From the sequence record OQ957557.1: a stretch of 45,779 nucleotides of DNA, one strand, 5' to 3'. The first letter of the stretch is position 1; each line of letters begins with the position of its first letter. The stretch comes from Enterobacter phage ST22. Shown piece by piece: positions 35,105 to 42,394 of the stretch. Position numbers and translations under genes: made by a program. The notes under the pieces are model-generated. The model was not told the origin of the DNA. It saw nothing but the letters and a program-made list of their open reading frames with translations, and did not search any database.

Positions 35105-35778
35105 ATTTCCTGGGCCTCAGCCAGCGAGATGCGCACCACGCCCTGCGGCGCTTGCTTACTCCAGACGGGCCACAATGGATGTTTACCTGGCACACCAAAC
35201 TCAATAGCCATGGCGTAATCCAGATTGTTGGTGAAGAAAGCCGCCTTGCTGGTGGTGATATCCAGCGAGGCCAGCCCAGCCTTAAGCGCCTCAATTGCCA
35301 GCGCGCCGGATGGATCAATTGCGTCCAGCACCTCAGCGGTGCCAGTTTCCAGCGTAAACTGCCAGTTAGCGCGGAATCGCCCGCCCTGATATCCCTCAGG
35401 AGCGCGCCACATATCGCCGCCACGGCGCACAATGTGACGGCGCGGCCCAGCTGCTGAGTAGTTTTTCCCCCAGCGCGTTGGCAGGACGCTTTCACCGGTG
35501 GCTTTCTGGCCCTTGCGCAGCACTCTGGTGGTGCCGCCGCCTTTCAGCTTGCGCACGTAGCTGGTGCTGCTCATGTTGCGCCGCAGGGCATTCTGGGCGG
35601 CTGCAAATTCCGTTGCCGTGCGCTGGTTTTTGTTTACCTTCCAGTTGCGCGGGTTGCCCACCGGCGAGCGCTGAATGATGAGCATAAACAGCTCCAGATA
35701 AAACTGGCGCACGCCAGCCTCCAGATCACCGCGCATCTCAGCAATGCCAGCCTGCACCTGCATCAGAAATTTTCCCAT
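35083..35778 (-). CDS. Neck/tail-completion protein (231 aa).
   Basis: Position in the connector module. Confidence 0.4.
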   Translation of the reverse strand: MGKFLMQVQAGIAEMRGDLEAGVRQFYLELFMLIIQRSPVGNPRNWKVNKNQRTATEFAAAQNALRRNMSSTSYVRKLKGGGTTRVLRKGQKATGESVLPTRWGKNYSAAGPRRHIVRRGGDMWRAPEGYQGGRFRANWQFTLETGTAEVLDAIDPSGALAIEALKAGLASLDITTSKAAFFTNNLDYAMAIEFGVPGKHPLWPVWSKQAPQGVVRISLAEAQEIWNRIFL

Positions 35779-36131
35779 CAGGCGGCCCTCAGCACGGCCT
35801 TATTGACGATAATCACCTTCCCAGGGGCTACTGGGTTTGGGTGCTCAACGCGGTAAAGCGTGCTGTTATGCGTGATGAGATCGCCCACCAGCAGCTCATT
35901 CTCAGGCACGCAGATGAGTTTGAGATCACCGGTCTGGATGGTCTTGCCGTCCACCTCACGCGGATCAAACTGCGTCACCACCCCAACGCAGCCAAAGGTG
36001 GCATCTGGCTGGCGCGTTTCCTTGCCCGCTACGCGCTCCAGCTTGCCCTTGCGGGTGATGGTATACATGCGCCCGTTATCGCCCAGCAGGCGCTTAGCTG
36101 TGGCCCTCATTTGGGCATAGTTGATTGCCAT
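35778..36131 (-). CDS. Head-tail joining/head-closure protein (117 aa).
   Basis: Size and position. Resembles the Phage_H_T_join family in length and composition. Confidence 0.4.
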   Translation of the reverse strand: MAINYAQMRATAKRLLGDNGRMYTITRKGKLERVAGKETRQPDATFGCVGVVTQFDPREVDGKTIQTGDLKLICVPENELLVGDLITHNSTLYRVEHPNPVAPGKVIIVNKAVLRAA

Positions 36132-36135
36132 GGGG

Positions 36136-36630
36136 TTAGCCTCGCGTCACTGGGAAGTTAATGCCAAAACTTGAGCACTCATCCAGCTCCCACGGGGCCA
36201 GCATCGCATCCCAGTAAGAGAAGATTGGGCCAGCGCCAATAGATGCCTCTTGATACTTCATCGTAACCGCGCCCTCAATGCGCTCCTCAATCACCTGTTT
36301 GCCCGCCGTGGTTGGCATCAGGTCAACGCCCGCAGCGCTATCCATCGCCAGCAGGAAAAGGCCGGATTGAACGGTGCGCGGCGTGGCTGGATCTTGAACG
36401 ATATCCCCCACGGTCAGACCCTGAATGACTTGCCCGTTAATGTCCAGCAGTGGGGTGCCGGTGTACTCCAGCCAGCTGCGCGGGAAAACGTCCTCCCCAA
36501 ACTGGTAGCCCTTCCAGCATTTGGTTGCCAGCAGGTCATTGGCTTTGGTCAGGGCAATCTCTGCCTCATCGGCGGTTAGGGTGATGCCTCGCTTTTTGGC
36601 GTAGGCGATTAAATCAGTGGTCAGATCCAT
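36136..36630 (-). CDS. Head-tail connector/adaptor protein (164 aa). Start at the internal ATG with AAGGAGG RBS.
   Basis: First gene after the MCP terminator. RBS AAGGAGGcacgcATG. Confidence 0.4.
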   Translation of the reverse strand: MDLTTDLIAYAKKRGITLTADEAEIALTKANDLLATKCWKGYQFGEDVFPRSWLEYTGTPLLDINGQVIQGLTVGDIVQDPATPRTVQSGLFLLAMDSAAGVDLMPTTAGKQVIEERIEGAVTMKYQEASIGAGPIFSYWDAMLAPWELDECSSFGINFPVTRG

Positions 36631-36671
36631 GCGTGCCTCCTTAATGGGTTGACGAAATAATACACCAGACA

Positions 36672-36698
36672 ATAAAAAAGGGCACTCATTGAGCGCCC
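36672..36698 (-). terminator. GGGCGCTCA-N-TGAGTGCCC hairpin followed by TTTTTTATTG on the minus strand, just downstream of the major capsid gene.
   Basis: Read directly. Confidence 0.55.
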
Positions 36699-36729
36699 TT
36701 TAAAAAGAGGAGGCTAGTGCCCCCAGCTT

Positions 36730-37821
36730 TTATTTCTTACCGAAAGTCACGATCAGACCGCCCAGGCCTTTGGCGACTTCCAGATCTGCACCGCTCAGGC
36801 GGCCCGTAGTGGCGGTGATGCCACGCGGATCGCTGATTTTCCAGCTGGAGGAGTCCAGCACTGTAGCGGTAGATGGAGATGCAGAGCCGGACTGATCCGC
36901 TTTCTGCTCAGTTGCAGGGGTTGGAGAAGTCGCTTTGTCACCGGTGCCCAGAACGCCAGATTTACCCACGAAAGTTTGACCTTTGAGAGCCAGGTTGAAA
37001 TGGTATTCACCCTGCATCAGATCATAAACGTTCTCCTCGCCCAGGATGGTTTGGCTATACATCTGGAGCGGAGAGGTGGAGATGGTGACGGCACCAGGGA
37101 CCAGACCCAGCACGCGGGAGCGCTGTTTAGGCGTGGTGTCAGCGGTTGGAGCATCCAGAGCTGCCACTGCGTCAGTAACCACAAAGCGACGGCCCAGACC
37201 ATCCTGGATCACGGTCACGGTTTCAAACTTAAACAGCTGCTGACCGTTCACGAAAGCATCCTCTGCCAGCAGGTCGTTATAGGTCGCGCCGGACATAACC
37301 CAGCAGCCCAGACGCGCAGCAGCATCACCCAGCTGACCAGACGCTTTGATCAGGTTGCGGATTTTAGGGATATCGCCACCGGTCTGAGCGGTGAAATCGT
37401 AATTCAGGCCCGCAGGAGTCGCAGCCATGAAAGCACCCAGACCAGTAGCCAGGTAATCCTCAATGATCTGGAGAGCAACCTGCTCACCCATCACCGCAGC
37501 CGCTTCTTTCGGGGTTTTGCCCAGGCGGTCCATCAGAGCTGGGGTGACTTTCAGCGGCAGGGTGCCGCCGTCAATCTTGATCGCACGCTCCAGCGCCTGC
37601 GCCAGCTCGGTAGGAGTGAGCTTGCCAGTGCCGTAGGCATTACGGCGGCGCACGAGCTGCTGAGCTGCCCAGAAGGTGCGCTCCAGCCAATCGCCCAGGA
37701 AGTCAGCCGCGCCCATCAGGATGGCACCATTGGAGGCGGTGTTAAACAGGTTGAGGTTAGCCTCAATCACTTTCGTGGTTGCCGTCGCTACCTGCTGATC
37801 AAAAACAGTAATTTGTGGCAT
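36730..37821 (-). CDS. Major capsid protein (HK97-fold-like, 363 aa) with a Ser/Thr-rich C-terminal region.
   Basis: Position after the scaffold gene. Strong AGGAG RBS. Confidence 0.65.
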   Translation of the reverse strand: MPQITVFDQQVATATTKVIEANLNLFNTASNGAILMGAADFLGDWLERTFWAAQQLVRRRNAYGTGKLTPTELAQALERAIKIDGGTLPLKVTPALMDRLGKTPKEAAAVMGEQVALQIIEDYLATGLGAFMAATPAGLNYDFTAQTGGDIPKIRNLIKASGQLGDAAARLGCWVMSGATYNDLLAEDAFVNGQQLFKFETVTVIQDGLGRRFVVTDAVAALDAPTADTTPKQRSRVLGLVPGAVTISTSPLQMYSQTILGEENVYDLMQGEYHFNLALKGQTFVGKSGVLGTGDKATSPTPATEQKADQSGSASPSTATVLDSSSWKISDPRGITATTGRLSGADLEVAKGLGGLIVTFGKK

Positions 37822-37832
37822 GTGGTGCTCCT

Positions 37833-37872
37833 AAAATAAACAAATGGGGTGGGGGTTTAAGCCACCCCACCA
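37833..37872 (-). terminator. G/C-rich hairpin (GGTGGGG/CCCCACC) followed by ATTTGTTTATTTT on the minus strand, between scaffold and capsid genes.
   Basis: Read directly. It would act as an attenuator within the head operon. Confidence 0.4.
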
Positions 37873-37878
37873 ATGGCC

Positions 37879-38565
37879 TTATTCGTTACCCAGCGCGTCA
37901 ATGGCCTGCATTGCAATGCTGCGGTTGTCCAGCTGCTGGCCTGGCTTGTGCTCAATCGGCTGTACGTCCGTTTTGCTGGTGGCTCCAGATGGCCCCTGAG
38001 CTTTGGTCGTTACCAGGAACGGCGCAAAGGTCTTGTTACCGGCAAACTCTTTTTCCAGATCATCCGTGGTGAGCGCTGACGGCTTGCCATCCAGACCCAG
38101 CACGCGGGTTTTAAACTCACCGTTTTCACCCTCTTCCAGGGTAATGCGGCTCTTAACGTGGTGCTCCAGAACTCCAGCATTAGCGCCAAACAATTTAGCA
38201 GCCAGCTGCTGCGCTACGTTACCCACCATCAGCTCATTGAGCTTAGCGCCATAGCGGGCTTTATCCGCTTCATGCGCCTGCTGGGCTGCGGCTAGCTTTT
38301 CGCCCCATGATTTATCAATGGCGTCCAGGTTTCCGGCAAGGCGATCAGCTTTATCCTTCTCAGCTTTCGCGTCCTCCTCTGCCTTACGGCGGGTTTCGTC
38401 GCCCTGCTTTTTCTCATCCAGGAGCTTATTGAGCTTTTGCTCCATCGCATCAAAGTCCGGCATCCCTTCAATCTTAATCTGGTAGCCATCACCTTTGGCG
38501 GTGTACTGCGCTTTCTGCTCATCAGTCAGAGCGTCAAACTCTGCTTTCGTAATCTTAAATTTCAT
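37879..38565 (-). CDS. Scaffolding protein (coiled-coil, Lys/Glu/Ala-rich).
   Basis: Composition and position immediately upstream of the MCP. Confidence 0.6.
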   Translation of the reverse strand: MKFKITKAEFDALTDEQKAQYTAKGDGYQIKIEGMPDFDAMEQKLNKLLDEKKQGDETRRKAEEDAKAEKDKADRLAGNLDAIDKSWGEKLAAAQQAHEADKARYGAKLNELMVGNVAQQLAAKLFGANAGVLEHHVKSRITLEEGENGEFKTRVLGLDGKPSALTTDDLEKEFAGNKTFAPFLVTTKAQGPSGATSKTDVQPIEHKPGQQLDNRSIAMQAIDALGNE

Positions 38566-38662
38566 GGGGTTTTCCTCTGGTAGTCACCTAACGCCGCAAG
38601 CGCTAAATGGTCGCCCCGCAAGGGCTAACGGGCTAATCATACAGCCGGTGGACGGCAACCAC
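38566..38662 (-). promoter_or_regulatory. Conserved structured late leader upstream of the scaffold gene, a near-duplicate of the terS leader (AGCCCG..CTTGCGGG..CTTGCGG..ACCAGAGGAAAACCCCATG), with a -10-like TATGAT and -35-like TTGCCG.
   Basis: I aligned the two leaders at 1384-1460 and 38566-38640 by hand. Confidence 0.4.
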
Positions 38663-38683
38663 AAATTTTTTTGCAATGCGGTG

Positions 38684-38712
38684 TTGACACGTCAACCGGT
38701 TGCCGGTAGATT
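38684..38712 (+). promoter_or_regulatory. Sigma70-like promoter of the plus-strand island: -35 TTGACA (38684-38689), 17-nt spacer, -10 TAGATT. The inverted repeat GTTGAC-AC-GTCAAC overlaps the -35. It is followed by the leader GTAACGACAACCATTTGAGAGG.
   Basis: Read directly. Confidence 0.5.
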
Positions 38713-38750
38713 TAGCGATGTAACGACAACCATTTGAGAGGTTTATTAAG

Positions 38751-39353
38751 ATGCAAACTGAGTTAATCGACGTAGCTATGAAGGCCATCGCGGCCCACGT
38801 AGCAGCCCCTTACAAGCTGCGCATTGCGGAGCTTGAGCAGCAAGTGCAGTCTGGTTTCACTCCTGAGGCTCTGGCGCAAGAGGACCGCGCTGAGCGTGCT
38901 GAGGATGAGCTGGAAATGATGCGCATCAAACTCAAAAACGAGACTGACCGCGCCAATAACGGGATGATCCCATACCAGACGCGCATTAATGATCTGGAGA
39001 AAAAACTGGATCAGGCCCGAAAAATCCAGGGTGGGATGCAGAAGAAAAACGACGCGCTGATCGCTCAGGTTAATGAGCTGGTGGCGCACGGCCCAACCGG
39101 CGCTCTGGAGGAGGAGCTGCGCAAGCATCTGGCAGCAGCCAACGCAGAGATTAAGCGCCTGGAGCAGGAAAACCGCAACCTGCGCGGTGAGCTTTCCGGC
39201 AAGCGCTTTGCCGCAAAAAGCAGCCTGCATAAAGCTGTGGTTGATTCTCAGCACGTTGAGCCTGATACGCGCCCCCAGCCACCTAAAACCGGCGTGGGCC
39301 ACGGTGGCCTGGTGCTTAACATGAACGATGCACGCGAATGGGATCACCGCTAA
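38751..39353 (+). CDS. Coiled-coil protein (200 aa), first gene of the antisense island.
   Basis: GAGAGG RBS. Heptad-rich ELEQQ../KRLEQENRNLRGEL segments. Confidence 0.55.
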   Translation: MQTELIDVAMKAIAAHVAAPYKLRIAELEQQVQSGFTPEALAQEDRAERAEDELEMMRIKLKNETDRANNGMIPYQTRINDLEKKLDQARKIQGGMQKKNDALIAQVNELVAHGPTGALEEELRKHLAAANAEIKRLEQENRNLRGELSGKRFAAKSSLHKAVVDSQHVEPDTRPQPPKTGVGHGGLVLNMNDAREWDHR

Positions 39354-39733
39354 TGAATATTGCACAGATGGCAATGAAATCACTGCGCGCCCAGGGAGGG
39401 CGCAATAAGCAGCGTGTACTGCTGCGCGTGGAAGGGGATCGGACCAATGAGCGCCTTTGGTGGACCGATGAAGATAAAGCGCTGTTTAATGAGCTGGTGG
39501 GTAAAGTCCATGTGAGCGTGCTGATGCATCGCCTGGGCCGCAGCTACGCCGCAATCATTCAGCACGCCAGTAATGTAGGCAAATCCGTGCGCGTCCTGCA
39601 TGTTTGCCGTGGCGGGCATCAGCTGGAGCAGCGCCCATCTGGAAAGTGGGTTTGCCGCAAATGCATCGCTGAGAAAGCCCGCGCTAAACGTCAGGAGGCT
39701 AAACGTGAGAAAGAAGCCAACGCCACACGATGA
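39338..39733 (+). CDS. DNA-binding protein with a GcrA/Myb-like HTH (WTDEDKALFNELVGKVHVSVLMHRLGRSYAAIIQHA) and a C-terminal zinc ribbon (C..GH..x..C..C).
   Basis: Motif-level similarity to the GcrA N-terminal domain (WTDE..L...L....S....LG..S..AVI). An alternative start at 39354 is possible. Confidence 0.45.
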   Translation: MGSPLMNIAQMAMKSLRAQGGRNKQRVLLRVEGDRTNERLWWTDEDKALFNELVGKVHVSVLMHRLGRSYAAIIQHASNVGKSVRVLHVCRGGHQLEQRPSGKWVCRKCIAEKARAKRQEAKREKEANATR

Positions 39734-40004
39734 ATTGATCGGCCTCAAATCGGCGCGCATTATCGCCGGTCTGGGGGCATCCATGAAGGGGCACGCTGAG
39801 CGCACGCGCAAGGCCATTATTGCCTCAAACCAGACCACTGGCATGGTGAAATATTTCCGCAGCATTAACGAGGCTTACCAGTGCGGCGGGTTCTCAGTTA
39901 ACATTGTACGCGCCATCTGTGATGGCAAGCGCGAACATTTTAAAGGCTGGCGTTTCCGCTACGCCACTAAACAGGAAAGGAAAGAGTATGAGCTTAGTAA
40001 TTAA
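39705..40004 (+). CDS. Stand-alone NUMOD1-like HTH DNA-binding protein (~100 aa). GTG start after an AGGAGG RBS.
   Basis: VKYFRSINEAYQCGGFSVNIVRAICDGKREHFKGWRFRYA matches the homing-endonuclease C-terminal DNA-binding motif (F.SI.EA..........I...C.GK......G..W.Y). Confidence 0.5.
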   Translation: MRKKPTPHDELIGLKSARIIAGLGASMKGHAERTRKAIIASNQTTGMVKYFRSINEAYQCGGFSVNIVRAICDGKREHFKGWRFRYATKQERKEYELSN

Positions 40005-40359
40005 AGATCCAATGATGCGCGGCGGCCTGGCCTCTGAGGCTATCCAGCAGGGCTATGAGAAAGCCACGGGCCGCATTCTGACGGTGGCAGAGGGCCGCCT
40101 GCTCACTTACCTGCGCTATTCAGCCTGCAATGGCGGCTACATTGACACGCGCCGCATGAGCAAGCCTGAGCGTCAGACCGTTGAGGATCTGTGTGCCGCT
40201 GGCCTCATGACCCGTGACGCAAACTACAAAATCGGCCTCACGCCGGTGCTGTTTGAGCAGATCAACCTGATCGAATGGGATGTGTACTGCACGCAGGCCG
40301 CTGAGGATGAAACGCAACCGGCTGAGCCGTCACTAGCTGATGGTGGCCTTGATGCGTAA
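39988..40359 (+). CDS. Hypothetical protein (123 aa).
   Basis: GGAAAGAG RBS, ATG at 39988. Confidence 0.5.
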   Translation: MSLVIKDPMMRGGLASEAIQQGYEKATGRILTVAEGRLLTYLRYSACNGGYIDTRRMSKPERQTVEDLCAAGLMTRDANYKIGLTPVLFEQINLIEWDVYCTQAAEDETQPAEPSLADGGLDA

Positions 40360-40573
40360 GGTAGATCGCCGGTTTAAGCTCCAGGACCAGATCACCAAAG
40401 TTAAGGCCGCCCTCACGGGCGTGCCTGATAGCGCTGCCCGCACTATCCTGGTGGAGGTTTTGCTGGATATCTGCGAGCGTGAGGACGTGCATTATTTCAG
40501 CAGTGGATGCGCTGATTATGATGTGCGCATTGACATGCGGCCTATTGAGGAGCGCCACCGTGACCGTAATTAG
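40340..40573 (+). CDS. Hypothetical small protein (73-77 aa).
   Basis: ORF. The start is uncertain (40340 or 40352). Confidence 0.35.
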   Translation: MVALMRKVDRRFKLQDQITKVKAALTGVPDSAARTILVEVLLDICEREDVHYFSSGCADYDVRIDMRPIEERHRDRN

Positions 40574-40838
40574 CATCAAGATGGGGATTCAGGTAACTCC
40601 GCATTACCGCCATGATCTGCCTAATACCATGCGCACAAACCTGCGCCGCACTCGCTTCTGCCGCCTGCGCGGCGTGAAGGATGAGCAAACGCTGCGCACA
40701 ATGATTAAGGCTGGAAGGATTTATCAGCACGTCCTGGAAGGTGTGGGGCTGAGGCAGGTTAAATCCGGCACGCCCACCGCATCAATCACATGGGCAATGC
40801 TGACGGGCCGCATATGGCTCGCTACCGGCAGGAAATAA
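40560..40838 (+). CDS. Hypothetical basic protein (~93 aa from the GTG after a GAGGAG RBS).
   Basis: Arg-rich. Last gene of the island, followed directly by a strong terminator. Confidence 0.4.
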   Translation: MTVISIKMGIQVTPHYRHDLPNTMRTNLRRTRFCRLRGVKDEQTLRTMIKAGRIYQHVLEGVGLRQVKSGTPTASITWAMLTGRIWLATGRK

Positions 40839-40840
40839 CA

Positions 40841-40860
40841 AAGGGGCCAAACGGCCCCTT
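40841..40860. terminator. Bidirectional terminator AAGGGGCC-AAAC-GGCCCCTT followed by TTCTT.
   Basis: Perfect 8-bp stem between the convergent island (+) and head genes (-). Confidence 0.7.
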
Positions 40861-40863
40861 TTC

Positions 40864-41139
40864 TTATGCGTCTGGGTAGACGGTGAAGATAAACGAGCCA
40901 CCACTCACGCCGCCGCTCACAAACGGAGAAATGCCTTTCGGCAGCAGGATGGCATCACCCGCCAGCAGGATGGCATCACCCGCCAGCAGGGTGTGCGCTG
41001 GCACCGGCTGCCCCGCCTGCGGAGCGCTGGCGCTATCACACCAGTAGACCGTTGTAACCGCCTCAATCAGCACCTGAGAAGCGCCACCACCGGCTGCCTC
41101 CCACTCACCTGGCGCAACCTCTTTTAATTCTGTAGCCAT
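40864..41139 (-). CDS. Hypothetical head-module protein (91 aa) containing an in-frame tandem 21-bp duplication (LLAGDAI x2).
   Basis: ORF 13 nt downstream of the Ig-domain gene. Confidence 0.45.
   Translation of the reverse strand: MATELKEVAPGEWEAAGGGASQVLIEAVTTVYWCDSASAPQAGQPVPAHTLLAGDAILLAGDAILLPKGISPFVSGGVSGGSFIFTVYPDA
40942..40990. repeat. Tandem direct repeat: 2.3 copies of the 21-bp unit CAGCAGGATGGCATCACCCGC.
   Basis: Read directly. Confidence 0.7.
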
Positions 41140-41152
41140 GATTCAAATCCTC

Positions 41153-42394
41153 TTATGCTTTCGTGATTGGTGATTCTACAACCACCGGAGTGGTGTTGCC
41201 ATCGCTAGCCACCAGTTTAAACGTTACGCCGCTTTTCAGGTCCGTTGGCACCGTGCCGCTGTATGTGGTCTTAACGTCGCCGCCTGGGGTGCTGGTGCCG
41301 TTATAGAGGATCACATCAGACTCGCCACCCGCTGCGCTAACTGCCACCAGACGGATCTTGATAGGGATCTTACCGCCCATCACATCAATCGTAATAGGCT
41401 GGCCCACCGTGAAGGTTGCCGGTGGATTCAGGAAGCGGATAGGCGCATAAACACGGACGCGGGCCAGGCGGCTGGTTTTCGTCTGAGGCGTGCCAGGGGT
41501 GTTATCCGTGGCGACGGCCTTATAAATCCCGCTATCAGTCTCCACCGCGTTGCTTTTGTTGTATGTATTGGTGGCACCGCCCAGCTTAGTGGTGCCGTGA
41601 TACCACTCAAAGTTGATCGGAGGAGTACCACCAACCGGCGTAACGCTCAGGGAGATGGCGCTGCCAGCAGCGATCTCCTGCCCAGTGGCTGGCAGATCTG
41701 GGTTAAAGCTCAGCGCCCTGATCACGGTTGTGGTGGCGGTCAGCTTGCTGCCGTCTGCATCCTCAACCTCAACGGTGTAATCACCAAACGGCTGGTTAGT
41801 GCCGTCAATCTTGAGCGTGATGAGCTTATCAGTGGTGTTCTCATCGTTGAGGAGCAGGTTGTTAGGGCCGGTGATTTTCGCCACATAAGGCGCTTTGCCG
41901 CCAGCCCATTCAAACGTGCGCGGCACGTTCACGCCCAGCACGGTTTGAGGCTGCGGGCCAGATACCCATGCCAGTGGCACCACCACAACCGCCGCACCTA
42001 CCTCCAGCGTGCTGCTGGCCTCGCCATCATCCGGTGTAAGCTCCCATTTGCAGTATACGCGCCCGTTGCCCTCCATCAGAGGATGGATGATCGCGTGAAT
42101 ACCTCCAGTGGAATCAACCGGCGTGATGGTCGCCAGCTCTGGTGGATCTACTCGCCAGGTGAGCGTGAGGCCTGGGGTGCTGAGCAGCGCCTCATCATCA
42201 GCCACCACGTTGATCTCCCAATCCTGGCCCATCGCCGCCTCTTGATAGCCATCCTCAACGCCTCCCACTGGGTAAATGTGCGTAGTATCAAAGCCTGGAA
42301 TGGTGAAGCCTTTCGGCCCATCAACCACCGGCCTGGCCCCTAACGGGCTACCATCCCACGGCTTACGCGTGAGCGTCATGCGTCGTTTTCTCAT
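41153..42394 (-). CDS. Ig-like (I-set/BIG-type) multi-domain head-associated protein (413 aa). Possible capsid decoration/accessory protein.
   Basis: Classic Ig motif FEWYHGTTKLGGATNTYNKSNAVETDSGIYKAVATDN. Several beta-rich T/S/V-rich repeats. It lies between the MuF-like and small head genes. Confidence 0.5.
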   Translation of the reverse strand: MRKRRMTLTRKPWDGSPLGARPVVDGPKGFTIPGFDTTHIYPVGGVEDGYQEAAMGQDWEINVVADDEALLSTPGLTLTWRVDPPELATITPVDSTGGIHAIIHPLMEGNGRVYCKWELTPDDGEASSTLEVGAAVVVVPLAWVSGPQPQTVLGVNVPRTFEWAGGKAPYVAKITGPNNLLLNDENTTDKLITLKIDGTNQPFGDYTVEVEDADGSKLTATTTVIRALSFNPDLPATGQEIAAGSAISLSVTPVGGTPPINFEWYHGTTKLGGATNTYNKSNAVETDSGIYKAVATDNTPGTPQTKTSRLARVRVYAPIRFLNPPATFTVGQPITIDVMGGKIPIKIRLVAVSAAGGESDVILYNGTSTPGGDVKTTYSGTVPTDLKSGVTFKLVASDGNTTPVVVESPITKA

